Origin: Octopus sinensis
Taxonomy: Eukaryota
DNA: 64,000 nt
NCBI RefSeq assembly: GCF_006345805.1
Contig: NC_043004.1
Coordinates: 98,456,001-98,520,000, forward strand
Reading direction: 5' to 3'
In this document: one piece after another, positions 12,462-25,224 of the stretch
Layout of the letters: every line of letters starts with the position of its first letter
Numbering within the stretch: the first letter of the stretch is position 1
Notes under the pieces: model-generated
Database searches by the model: none
The model's input: only the letters and a program-made list of their open reading frames with translations
What the model was told of the DNA's origin: nothing
Program-made: the position numbers and the translations under genes

Positions 12462-13567
12462 CAAGGCCCGAAATTTTGGGGTAGAGAGCCAGTCGATTAG
12501 ATCGACCTCAGTATGCAACTGGTACTTAATTTGTCGACTCGAAAGAATGAAAGGCAAAGTCGACCTCGGCGAAATGTGAACTCAGAACGTACCGGCAGAC
12601 GAAATACCCATTTCTTTACAACCCACAAGGGGCTAAACACAGAGAGGACAAACAAGGACAGACAAACGGATTATGTCGATTATATCGCCCCAGTGCATAA
12701 CTGGTACTTTTTAATCGACCCGAAAGGATGAAGGCAAAGTTGACCTCGGCGGAATTTGAACTCAGAACGTACCGGCAGACGAAATACCCATTTCTTTACA
12801 ACCCACAAGGGGCTAAACACAGAGAGGACAAACAAGGACAGACAAACGGATTATGTCGATTATATCGACCCCAGTGCATAACTGTACTTATTTAATTCGA
12901 CCCCGAAAGGATGAAAGGCAAAGTTGACCTCGGCGGAATTGAACTCAGAACGTAACGGCAGACGAAATACCCATTTCTTTACAACCCACAAGGGGCTAAA
13001 CACAGAGAGGACAAACAAGGACAGACAACGGATAATGTCGATTATATCGACCCCAGTGCATAACTGGTACTTATTTAATCGACCCGAAAGGATGAAAGGC
13101 AAGTTGACCTCGGCGGAATTTGAACTCAGAACGTAACGGCAGACGAAATACCCATTTCTTTACAACCCACAAGGGGCTAAACACAGAGAGGACAAACAAG
13201 GACAGACAAACGGATTATGTCGATTATATCGACCCCAGTGCATAACTGGTACTTATTTAATCGACCCCGAAAGGATGAAAGGCAAAGTTGACCTCGGCGG
13301 AATTTGAACTCAGAACGTAACGGCAGACGAAATACCCATTTCTTTACAACCCACAAGGGGCTAAACACAGAGAGGACAAACAAGGACAGACAAACGGATT
13401 ATGTCGATTATATCGACCCCAGTGCATAACTGGTACTTATTTAATCGACCCCGAAAGGATGAAAGGCAAAGTTGACCTCGGCGGAATTTGAACTCAGAAC
13501 GTAACGGCAGACGAAAAACGGCTAAGCATTTTGCCCGGCGTGCTAGCGTTTCTGCCTGCTCGCCGCC
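12462..13567 (-). repeat. Tandem array of SINE B units (five ~180-184-bp B1 units plus one B2-tailed partial copy)
   Basis: Junction gaaatacccatttcttt recurs with unit starts at 12610, 12790, 12973, 13154 and 13338; only the last unit has the full head. Confidence 0.95.
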
Positions 13568-13744
13568 CTTACCCCGTGGAATATTACACTAGTGCAGGTG
13601 AAAACAAAAATGGTTAAGGAGTTTATTTCACAGGCATGTTGTTTGCGGTTTAATCCTCCTTCGGAGTACCATGTAGTAGTAACTTCTGAGGATTCCTCAT
13701 ATGTACGCATCTTTGATCTTCTATCTTCTAATTGTTCCAATCAC

Positions 13745-14112
13745 TAGACGGCGGCCATGCTGGGGCACCACCTTGAAAAACTGTAATCGAATCAATCGAC
13801 CCCAGTACTTACTGTTTTAAAGCCTGGTACTTATTCTATAGGTAGTTTTTATTTTTTGTCAACCGATAAGTTACAGGGACGTGAATACACTAATATTGGT
13901 TGTCAAGCAATGGTGGGGGCAAACAGGAACATATACACACACATGTATATACGGCAGGCTTCTTCAGTTTCCGTTTACCAAATCCGCTAACAAGGCTTTG
14001 GTCGGTCTGATGATATAGTAAAAAGTATTTGCCAAAGGTGCCATGCAGTGGGACTGAAGATCGAACCATGGTGGCTGGAAAGCAAGCTTCTTACCACACA
14101 ACGATGCCTATA
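13745..14112 (-). mobile_element. SINE family A, diverged
   Basis: Reverse complement of family-A head, body and tail. Confidence 0.8.
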
Positions 14113-14876
14113 TATATATATATATTTAATATATAAAATCCGATCTGTCTGTCTCTGTGTGTGTCTTCTAGGATCTGGGGCATCCTCCATCCGATTGCGC
14201 TCAAATTTGACATGTAGATACCGATGGTATCAGGGTGTGTATAAGTCTTGAAAAAATTACAAAAATCGATTCTAGGTGAAAATGCGATCGATAACGCCGT
14301 GGGAACGTGCATTTGTACACGCAAGTACATCAGCTGTTGCAATCGATACTACGCGTACGCGAGAAAAATGCACGTGCAGTTTGCGCAAAAGAGCCAGCTG
14401 GTTTGAAATAATGCCGCAAAATGCAGTATAGTTAAGAGACCAAAAAAGTAAGATGCAAAAGAGATATTTTCTTCAAACTTGGCATGAAGGAAGGAAAGAC
14501 TATTTGGTTTCTCAGGAAGTTTTTTTGGGGGCCTTAAATTCATTTACCAAAACCAAAAATTATATTGAAATAAAGGCATGCTTAATTATTTTTTAATGAA
14601 CTGTTTAAACCATGTTTGTGTTCTCCCAGTCAACAGCCTTATCATTACTGGTACTTTAAACTCTTCGGTTGTATATTTGTGTGAATAAAATCGTTTTTCT
14701 TTGGAATAGAAAAAAGTCTATCTTTATTTCTTCTTTTGCTCTTGTCTCAAATTTAGGCTAAATCAGTGTTTCTCAAAGGGGAGACCTATGGGACGGTCGG
14801 ACAAGTTGTTTTGGGAAAATTTGGTTTAAATGTTTGACAACTCAGCACTGTCCACTGGACGGGGACCGTTTTGCTC

Positions 14877-14916
<40 letters not shown>

Positions 14917-15225
14917 CGAGTCAAGCTGGTTGAAAGACACTGAACGAAGTTGCACTGAAAATTATACTCGGTTGCACATGCAATTTTCTATACTCTTTAC
15001 TGTGGTAACATGTGTCGTTGTCGTATCCATAAAAGTATGTTGTATGACAATGAAAAATAAAAGGAAATAAATTTTGAGGATGTACCAGTCTCCATATTCT
15101 TTATCGTTATAATTATCTCCAAGATATATATGTATATTGTTGTGTCTGAGATTAGTCATTCTGATTTAATGCCTTATTGATTAACACACTCACCGGTTCG
15201 ATTTCCACTCATTATTTTTATCATA

Positions 15226-15258
15226 AGATTTTCGTTCCTTCTTGCAACCTGTTCAATA
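15226..15258 (-). ncRNA. Decayed hammerhead-like motif in a putative PLE pLTR
   Basis: Minus strand uUGAACA-G-GUUGC-aaga-aGGAAC-GAAA; core substitutions present; lies downstream of a same-strand GIY-YIG fragment. Confidence 0.35.
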
Positions 15259-15604
15259 GTTGTTAAGTGTCCGTTATCAGAGCTGCGTTCTTTTTGTTAG
15301 TTTTCTTGTTTGTGCGTCTGCGTGCATGTGTATATTCATATGTATAGATATATGGATGTGTCTCCATATGTGTGTTTGTGTGGAGTGTGCGTATGTGTAT
15401 ATGGTCATGTGTTTCCATCTCTTTTTCTGTTTGTGCGTCTGCTTGTCTGTCCGTATTACCTATGTACCTATCTATCTACTTACCTATCTATTTATCCTCG
15501 TATCCATTTACCTGCCTATAAATATATATTTGCCAACATAACAGTCTACTAACAAATTTACATGTGTATGTATATACTATGGGTATTGGGGTAACACTAC
15601 CTTC

Positions 15605-15985
15605 TACGTGTATTTCCTATTTAGTACGGGGGCTGTTTCATTTATAAGGACGTACGCTTGTATTTGCCTGAGTGATGGGTCCTTCGGGAGCTTGAATGAA
15701 ATGTAGATGTCAAGTCGGCCCAGTGTTCCTCCCTATTGGTCTCTGGCATGTTGGTAGAGTAAAAAGTACTGTTTTTTGTCGTCATATTGTCTCAGATGTC
15801 ATTTATTCTCTCCACAATGCTTCTAGATGTCTCACCAATGTATGTCATGTTCTAGTCTTTACAAGCACCCTCTATGCACCTTATGCTGTAGACTACATTT
15901 CTAGTTCTACAGTTAATACCAGGGTTAATCTTACATAACATGCAGTTCTCATTCGTGCATGTGGTATCCTGAAATGGTACTTCCT
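15605..15985 (-). pseudogene. Penelope-like element GIY-YIG endonuclease remnant
   Basis: Translates CKINPGINCRTRNVVYSIRCIEGACKD*NMTYIGETSRSIVERIND and, further on, KDPSLRQIQAYVLINETAPVLNRK. Confidence 0.8.
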
Positions 15986-16036
15986 ACATAACTGTGATCT
16001 GATCGAGCTCCCTGACTTTTCAACATATATGCATGT

Positions 16037-16449
16037 ATACTCTTTACTCTTTTACTTGTTTCAGTCATTTGACTGCGACCATGCTGGAGCACCGCCTTTA
16101 GTCGAGCAAATCGACCCCAGGACTTATTCTTTGTAAGCCCAGTACTTATTCAATCGGTCTCTTTTTGCCGAACCGCTAAGTGACGGGGACGTAAAGACAC
16201 CAGCATTGGTTGTCAAGCGATGGTGGGGGGACAAACACAGACACACAAACATATACACACACACATATATATATACATATATACGGGTGGCTTCTTTCAG
16301 TTTCCGACTACCAAATCTACTCACAAGGCATTGGTCGGCCCGAGGCTATAGCAGTAGACACTTACCCAAGATGCCACGCAGTGGGATTGAACCCGGAACC
16401 ATGTGGTTGGTAAGCAAGCTACTTACAACACAGCCACTCCTGCGCCTAT
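16037..16449 (-). mobile_element. SINE family A
   Basis: Full-length reverse-complement copy. Confidence 0.92.
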
Positions 16450-16651
16450 GTATATATACATATGCATATATATGTGTGCGTGTGTGCATGTATATATATT
16501 TATAAATATATATAGTGTGTGTATGTATATATATATATATATATATATAATATATGTGTGTATGTATATATATATATGTATGTATATATATATGTGTGTG
16601 TTATATATATATATATATATATGTATAAATATATATATATGTAACCATATG

Positions 16652-16753
<102 letters not shown>

Positions 16754-16779
16754 GATATCTATCTATATATATCTCTAAA

Positions 16780-16920
16780 TGTGAAGAAAAGCTGTGGAAA
16801 AGGAAGATCAAGTGGTGAGAACTGATCTTAAGATGTTGAGCCTCACAGTGGAGCTGACAAAGGACCGAGATAACTAGTGATTTACTCTGCTTAAAAACAC
16901 CTGCCCAATCAAGTAAAATC
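16780..16920 (+). mobile_element. RTE-like LINE 3' remnant
   Basis: [21 protein letters not shown] resembles the RTE ORF C-terminus. Confidence 0.45.
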
Positions 16921-18479
16921 GATGTCCATGCCCCTCACTGCCTCTTCCACGGCACACCCATGCTTACTGCTGCTGTTTCTCACAGATCTCTATTCTTCCT
17001 CGGGTATCTAACTATCTACCTACCTGTGCCTATTAATTCCCTTCCCCACAACATATCTTAATTGCCTCCTCATTCAGTCAGTGCCTACTTAGTACATCTC
17101 CCACCTGTATTTCTTACTCCTTTCGAAATTTTGTGAACTCAACCACCTGCTCACCCTCTCCAATCCCCAGTTCATTTTCTTATAAACACTACTACTCACC
17201 CTCCTATTCCATCTTCACCACCTTTCTCTGCCTTCTCTCTCTCTTTCTGCATCCCAAGTACCCATGTTTCTCTTTTAATATGAGACACCTTTTCTGTCCC
17301 TCAAGACTACTACCCGCTTCAGCTGAGGGATCTTGTCCTCCAAGTTATTTGTTGACCTGACTCTTCAAGCTTCCTTTCTGCTTCTCTTCTTTTGTACCCT
17401 TGTCCTGCTTGCTATTACTGCTACTATAGGACTGATCTCCTTTTTTTTTTCTCTTTCATTCTGTCATTTCTAATATGAATGTCAGTTGTTTTTAAATTCC
17501 TGTTTTTTTCCACTTGTTTATGATGTGGTGAATGTCCCCTTCCTGCTTTCTCATCTTATGTTATTGCTCAGTTAGTCTTTCATTTCCATGCCTTTTCAAA
17601 GATTACCATGTGTGTGTGTGTGTGTGGTGTGTGTGTGTTGTGTGTGTGTACTTGCATTCACATGCATGCATGTGTGTGTTTATTTTGTGCAGTTTTACTG
17701 TTTGTATCGGTAGCTTTGCTTCTCACTCGTATGTTGTCCTCTGCTTTCTTAGTCATTTTCATTTTACCACCCAACATCTCAGTGATATGAACTATCACTG
17801 GTGCAACCAGAAAAGTAATACCAGTGGGCTTACACAATATTTCCAGCTATTAAATTTCATTCACAAATCCTTAATTAACCAAAAGCAGTTGATAAGAATA
17901 CTTATCAATCATTCAACTATACATACATTAATAGCTGTTGATAATCTCTTGAGGCCAAACCTGATTCAAAAAACATAGGATGAAAGTTATTCCAAGAAAC
18001 ACTATGTATAATAACAAGAACAAAATGCTTGTTGTATACAGAGGTCAAGTCTTCTACATCTGATTGGAAAAGGATAAAAGTGAGGATAGAAAGCAGCAAT
18101 AAGTTTTGTTAACAGAGACAGCAATGACAGCCAAAAGTACGTAGGGGTGCTGAAATGTTCCTGCCTTTAAGGGTATCACAAAAGGCCTGGTTGGAGGCCT
18201 GACCTTACTGAGTTTAGGAGAACTGAAGGACCGCTGCAATAAGTGCGTGAAATGGTGAGGGGAATATGTTCAATAAAATCATAATTAATTGATCCTCCTG
18301 TATTTTCTTTTACTCAAAGCCAGGAACTTTTCAGCACCCCTTCTTACATATTTAGCACACAGGATAAAACACAGAAAGACAAAGGTGTACAGTGCAAGAG
18401 TGATGAAGTCAAAAGGTGCATAAGTACATTAGGAGTAGTGTTGGTGAAATCCAGGTAGCAGGGAAGTTTTGAAGGGTAC

Positions 18480-18800
18480 AGTGTGTACTGACACGGGTAG
18501 TTTATAACATACCTTAAGAATTCTGAGTAAGAAGATATTTCTGAAGCAGAGGTGCTTCCTGCTTTTCAGTTTTATTAACATGGTAAGTAAGGATACTGAA
18601 TTTGAAATGGCAGCTAGTATTGTTTTTTGGAACAGACGTGGATGGATGATGGCTGTTGAAGCAAAACATTTAAGGTGTAGTGACTAGCAAAGAATATCCA
18701 TCTGGCTGCAGACTTCTGGCCAGTTCCCACTAAATTTATATTCTGTACAAGATAGGGCTTCCAGACAGAAGTTGCAAACCATCAATGTGGATGTATCATA
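18480..18800 (-). pseudogene. Possible decayed Penelope GIY-YIG remnant
   Basis: Only weak C..C / G.TG...AAR / CHF-like residues across frames. Confidence 0.25.
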
Positions 18801-19205
18801 GCCAGTTTGTAGTTGACGAAGGCCTAATGAGTTAAGCTAAGACACCTTCAGCATTTCTGACAATTTTACAAATCTAGTTTGATCAATACAGATCATTATA
18901 TTTGGGACTACATTTCCACTCTCCTTTTTTTCTAAAGATGCTAGTGTATGACCTGAAAGAAATTTGGCTGCTATTTCTAGAGGGTAGAACAACAATATAT
19001 AGGCTTTCTTTTCTTCTTTTACCTATTTTAAAGGAGTTCACACCACATTTGTTTCTAGCTGAATGTAGAAGTAAAATGGCTAAAAACGTTTTTAACTATG
19101 ATCTCCTAGCTTACAAGTTCAGATCCACTGTAAATGTTTTAATTCACTTCTGAAGCAGATAATATTTTTCCTTTAATGCTTTTGTTCACCTCTATGTCTA
19201 GAATA

Positions 19206-19530
19206 GTGAAGGCGCATGGCTTAGTGGTTAGGGCGTTCGGCTCCTGATTGTAAGGTCGTGAGCTCAATTCTCAGCGACGCCTTGTGTCCTTGAGCAAGAC
19301 ACTTTATTGCCCATTGTTCCAGTGCACTCAGCTGGCAAAAATGAGTTGTACCTGTATTTCAAAGGGTCAGCTTTGTCACACACTGTGTCACGCTGAATCT
19401 CCCTGAGAACTACGTTAGGGGTACACGTGTCTGTGGATTGCTCAGCCATTTGCACGTTAATTTTACAAGCAAGTTGTTCCGTTGATCATATCAGCTGGGA
19501 CCCTCATCGTTGTAACCGACGGAGTGCTCC
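19206..19530 (+). mobile_element. tRNA-derived SINE family D
   Basis: gaaggcgcatggcttagtggttagggcg head, gtgtccttgagcaagacac central domain, tail ending gtaaccgacggagtgc. Confidence 0.85.
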
Positions 19531-19709
19531 TATGTCAAGACTAAGTACCACATCATGTGAATGTCCTCTCTATGAAACTGATATCCTAGCTAAAAGAATA
19601 CTTGTCTCTTCCACTTAATGCTTTGAAACCAAAGCTAAACACTTTTGGATGGCAGCTATACTTGGGCAACTCATTTAGGACTGCCCTCAAAGCAAACAAC
19701 ATCAACAAC

Positions 19710-19883
19710 ATAGGCGCAGGAGTGGCTGTGTGGTAAGTAGCTTGCTAACCAACCACATGGTTCCGGGTTCAGTCCCACTGCATGGCATCTTGGGCAAGTG
19801 TCTTCTGCTATAGCCCCGGGCCGACCAATGCCTTGTGAGTGGATTTGGTAGACGGAAACTGAAAGAAGCCTGTCGTATATATG

Positions 19884-19915
<32 letters not shown>

Positions 19916-20136
19916 GGTTTGTGTGTCTGTGTTTGTCCCCCTAGCATTGCTTGACAACCGATGCTGGTGTGTTTACGTCCCCGTCACTTAGCGGTTCTGC
20001 AAAAGAGACCGATAGAATAAGTACTGGGCTTACAAAAGAATAAGTCCCGGGGGTCGATTTGATCCGACTAAAGGCGGTGCTCCAGCATGGCCGCAGTCAA
20101 ATGACTGAAACAAGTAAAAGAGAGAGAGTAAAGAGT
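19710..20136 (+). mobile_element. SINE family A (low-divergence subfamily)
   Basis: Full length; aacaaca on both flanks as a possible TSD; near-identical to 27210 and 62649. Confidence 0.93.
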
Positions 20137-20796
20137 AACAACAATAACAAGGCAAAACAGAAGCTGAACATTAAACAGTTCATTAATTGACCACACTAGT
20201 TACCAGTGGACATATGAAGTCAATGGGTACTAAACCTTCCTCAAACTAAAATCCAAATAAAATTACCGATATAAATAACCCACTGTCTTATTTTTATTTC
20301 ATATTATCCCAGGACCAGAATAAGATATTTCAAGCGAAAGGTGTCAGCCATCTGAACCATTCACACTGTAGTCTATTCATATGCATCTAATGGTATGCAT
20401 CATATACATCAATGATTATTTATATGCAATCATTCATATGCATTTGTGTGCATCTATTGCATATATCAGTGATATTATTAAGATTTCTTTAAGCCAATGC
20501 ATTTTATTAGAAACAAAGTATATTTTTGAATCTAAATTCAGAATACTGTCTTCTATTTTACTTCCATACATTTTATTTCTTTGGTTATTTGCATTCTTTT
20601 TTTATTTAATTTTTATCTTTTTTTTTATTATCTTTCCCTTCCTAGGGACAACATACAGCTTTGATATCATGCACTTCAGATTTAAATAAATTATTTCCCT
20701 CTTGCAAAGTATCTTCTATTTAACATTTTTATTTATCTTCTTGAATTTGTATGTGTGTAAATGTGTATGTACTTCCATGTGTATGAGCATGTGAAT

Positions 20797-21000
20797 AGCT
20801 CTCTCTCTCTCTCTCTCTCTCTCCCCTCTCTCTACCCTCTCTCCCCTCTCTCTCTCTCTCTCTTTCTCTCCTCTCTCTACCCTCTCTCCCCTCTCTCTCT
20901 CTCTCTCTTTCTCTCCCTCTCTCTTTCTCTCCCTCTCTCTCCCCTCTCTCCCCCTCTCTCTCTCTCTCTTTCTCTCCCTCTCTCTTTCCCTCCTTCTCCA
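20797..21000. repeat. (CT)n/(CCT) compound microsatellite
   Basis: Direct inspection. Confidence 0.9.
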
Positions 21001-22099
21001 CACAAATGCATACACACATATGCCTAAACACACATGCATATATTATTGAGTACATGTGTATCAGAATGTACATATAGTAAGTGCGTGAGTATGTTAATGT
21101 ATATATATATATATAGACGTTTGTGCATGTGTGTGTATACATACAGGTATAAGTATGCACATATAGAATTACATATGTATATACCAATGTATTTAGATTC
21201 ATACATTCTCACTTATATGCATATATATGAATAATGTGTGTGAGTGTGTGTGTGTGAGAAAGAGAAAGAGAGAGAGAGAGGGAGCTTATGTGTGTATATG
21301 TGTGTATGAGTGTGTGTGTGTGTGTGCGTGTGTGTGTGTGCGTGCGTGTGTGTGTGCACCTATCAATTTCCCATTATGTATGTGTATGCATGTGTCTGTA
21401 TTCAAGCAAGTATACTTATTCAAAAATGTATCAACTTACATGTGTATATCTATTTCTATATGCGTGTGTTGTATGTGTGTGTGTGTGTGTAATTGTGTGT
21501 GTATGCGTGCACGTGTGGTACTACTTCTTCGTGCACATTCATACACACATAGACAGATACACATACGCAAGAAACTACGTGAGATAGTTAACGAAGATCT
21601 ACGCAGGTTGTGTATGTCAAAGCCATCCATTGATTTCTAGTCCAGAAATAGGAGCCTCCATCACTGCTAGCAGCCTATCAACTATCAATTTGGCAATTTC
21701 TCTTCAATAGATTCACTGTATTTCATTATTTTATTGATTCTCTTAAAAGATGGAATGACTACTTGTGACCCTGTCAAGAACTGAACTCACAACCATCAGT
21801 ACATTTTCTCCATCAAAATCTCTCCCTTTTGTTTCTTTGATTTTATAATCATTCTTCTTTTTGTTGCTGTTATCACCAGTTATATTTCTCTAAGGCAGGA
21901 AAGATGGCAGGGTAACAGATATTGTTGAATTCTGGTGTAGATATGGCTGAGTAATAGATATGATTCTGTACTGGTATAAATGGCTTGCAGCATTTATTTA
22001 TGTTCTTCAACATTTAAAGTTCAAATCCCACACATGTTGACATTGCTGATCATTCCTCTGGGTCTAATAAAATAATAATGATTCATGAACAAGGGTTTA

Positions 22100-22517
22100 T
22101 CTTTATATATAAAAGAGAGGTTGTGTGTCTGTCTCCTACGATTTAGATTCCTAACTACTCTCACATTTTGTGGTGCAGTTTAACCAAAACCGGGTATCTT
22201 ATAGTCGTGATTCATATCGAGCCCTTCTGGATATTAGCGCATGTCTACGATGAGTCTACGATTTAAAAAAAAATTTAGCAGCATTTTTTTCCATTTTAAT
22301 GCATTTGTTTCCCTTTTAATGCATTTTTTCGCTATTATATAAGGGAAGTAACTCTCTAAAAATGTCTACGATGAGTTAACGATTTCTAAAAAAATTTACC
22401 ATCATTTTTTTTCCATTTTTAATGCATTTTTTTGCTATTTTTTGGCTATAACTCTCTAAAAATGCTTATATAGTTATTTCCCTTGCAAACCCGAGCAACG
22501 CCTGGCGATACTGCTAG
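22100..22517 (+). mobile_element. Non-autonomous Helitron-type element
   Basis: A|TCTTTATATATAAAAG start, subterminal hairpin cccgagcaacgcctgg, CTAG|T end, no TSD, internal ~120-bp duplication. Confidence 0.8.
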
Positions 22518-22640
22518 TAATAGATACAGCAGTGTTTCTGCCTAACAAAAATGTATTGCTGTGATAATGTTAGAAATCTTTATTACTACATGGAAGAAAA
22601 TACTTTCAATATTTATTTGATCATCAATTATTAATTTCCT

Positions 22641-22982
22641 TAACTGGTACAACCGGTCATAGGAGTACCACTCTAGATGCTTTTGCAGTCAGCTGTTGCC
22701 ATCGGTCTCTGTTCTTCTCTATCATGTGTAGCAGGGTTGTGGTTTTATGACCTGTCCAGTCAGTTGTCTGACCAGGATTTTCCCTGTCTGTCTCTTTTTC
22801 ACCTTTCATCATTTGTGCCCTGAAATACTGTTATGGACAGAGAATTGTGACTGGATGCCTGATGAGTATACCAGATAATCTTTCATCTTTCTACTTGTAC
22901 ACAGAGTGATTCCCTTTGCAGCGTTTACTTGCACATTGCCATATTCTAACATTGGAATTCTTTTAAGATAAAGATGAACTTT
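22641..22982 (-). mobile_element. RTE-clade LINE 3' fragment
   Basis: Minus frame ER*KIIWYTHQASSHNSLSITVFQGTNDER*KRDRQGKSWSDN resembles RRKL.W.GH.TRHNSLSKTILQGTV.G.R.RGRQ.KSW. Confidence 0.7.
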
Positions 22983-23214
22983 ATATTTCATCCTTCTGAG
23001 CTTAATATGTAAATATCAAACATTAGCTGTTCAATTAAACATACCTTATTCCTACATTAGAAATCATAAAAAAAAAGTCTAACAGAAAATAATATAAATT
23101 CTCTCATATGCATGATCTGAATTCAAATCTTAACTGAATCAACTCTGTCAGCACTGGTATTGCTTGTTTGTTGTGTTTTATTTGTTTTCTGTCTATTTCT
23201 TATCATAACTGTTG

Positions 23215-23850
23215 TGCAAGGATAGGCTGAAAAGTTCACCGGCTGACTATGAAGGAATGATGCCAGTGCTGCAAAATCTTGCATGCATTAATTTCAAAAC
23301 TTCTTATTAATAAAAGCATTGTTCCTTTCCAGATAAACTGATATCTGATTGTCCAAAGAAGACTTCTGAAGTAATTAGCAGCAACTTCTCTTGAAAATGG
23401 ACAAAATTCAGCATCATGGTGTTATCAAGTACCTGTAGAAAAAGGGTTTAGCCTCCAAAGATATTCATGTTGACATGGTTACTACATTAGGGGATGACAC
23501 TCCAGCTTTATCAACTGGGCAGCTTAATTTAGGAAGGAATGGTGAATCTTGAAGATGACCTAAGGTTTGGACATCCAGCAACTGCCATCACTGAAGTAAA
23601 TACTGATAATGTTCACTACATGGGAATGGATGACAGATGATTGACTATAAATCAAATAGCTACTGCTATTAGCATATTCTGTCAGAATTGAGAATATTCT
23701 ACACAATGATCTTGGCATGACAAAGGTTTCTACTTGGTCGGTGCCATGTCTTCTGACACTTGATGAAAAGTGCATCAGACTGATCACATCATGGGAAAAT
23801 TTGACATTGTTTGAGGCAGATCCAGTTGGTTTCCTTGAACATTTCTTGAG
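23215..23850 (+). pseudogene. mariner transposase remnant (left TIR and N-terminal HTH)
   Basis: TIR-like caaggataggctgaaaagttc; MDKIQHHGVIKYL*KKG...LEDDLRFGHP...LHNDLGMTKVSTWSVPCLLT (decayed WVPRLLT). Confidence 0.85.
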
Positions 23851-24134
23851 CCATCTAACGTTCATCTGCTTCTCTAACAGGAAAAAGCAATTAGCTGGGA
23901 ATCACTGTTGCAGTGATGATGACGTCATATCTGCTGTTGATGACTTTTCACCAATGAGATGCAAACACAGCAACACCAATGGAAGAAATGTGTGTACCGC
24001 AAGGGAGACTACGTTGAAAAATAAACCTTATTTGGTCACATTCTGTGAGTATTTTAGTCAGCTTTTGAACTTTTCAACTGACCCACATACTAATTATATT
24101 TGGTAGTGCATTTGCTTGTATTCTCCACACCAAT

Positions 24135-24376
24135 GGTTTTGTGACCTGTCCAGTCAGTTGTCTGACCAGGATTTTACCTGTCTGTCTCTTTTTCACCTTT
24201 CCTCATTTGTGCCCTGAAATACTGTTATGGACAGAGAATTGTGACTGGATTCATGATGAGTATACCAAATAATCTTTCAGCTTTCTACTTGTGTAAAGAG
24301 TGAATCCCTTTGCAGCATTTACTTGCACATTGTCATATTCTAGCATTGGAATTCTTTTAAGATAAAGATGAACTTT
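24135..24376 (-). mobile_element. Duplicate of RTE fragment 22741-22982
   Basis: 242-bp direct repeat, about 90% identical by eye, with the same right-hand end point. Confidence 0.85.
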
Positions 24377-25224
24377 CAATATGAAAGTGTTTGTGCTTTC
24401 AGTTTTTTCCATTTCTTGGTGGCAAAGTTTTAGTCAGAATGGATGGAGAAGGTTATCAAAAGACAGAGCCATTTCATTTAGTACTTTAGTATTATATTTA
24501 GATGGTTGGTCTTAAAGTTCTTACCAGTTCGGACTTTGTTGACTCAGATGATTACAACCAAATTGTTACAATATACCAATTCCATATTTTTACTTGTTTA
24601 TAAAACTTCATAAATAGTTTCATAGTTAAGTACCAGGATATTGCCCAGTTGACATCGCTTCCAACTCAATTATGTCTGTGAATATACTCAGACATAGCAA
24701 GGACAGGCAGTCAACAATGAAGAGGTCAGCCATGTCACTATAACAGTTACATTGTCTCCACTTAATGTAAGCATTATGTTTTGTCTGGAGCAAGCATCGG
24801 TCTTTTGCACTTAAAACCAGATTGGCTGTTTCTTAATTTTTGCTTTTAGTTCCGAACTTTGAGCTGCTGTTGGCATTCATTCTGATATATTACTCTCTAC
24901 CAAAAGTTTTTGTATACTTTTTATCTCCCCATTTTCTTTTTAGAATATAATAGGAAAAAATCTTGATTTTGATTTTCATTTTTTTTTAATGTTCTTATGA
25001 CATAAATAGATATATTTTTTCAACAAAGTTTGCACTTTATTCATTATTGTTTTCTTAAGTGTTTTGTGTCTGTGTGTTTGCTTATTACTCTAATTGGTTT
25101 TCCTTTGTTTACTTCTAAGTATGTTTTCTAGTCTCACAGTCTCACTTGTTATTTAGAAGCAGATTTCCACTTGTAATGAACACCAGATTTGATGTGATGA
25201 GTTCAGAACACTGTATGTAATTTC

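Noticed and set aside
12610-13567. CRISPR-like regular repeat
   Set aside because: Units are contiguous ~180-bp SINE copies with no unique spacers, in a eukaryotic context.
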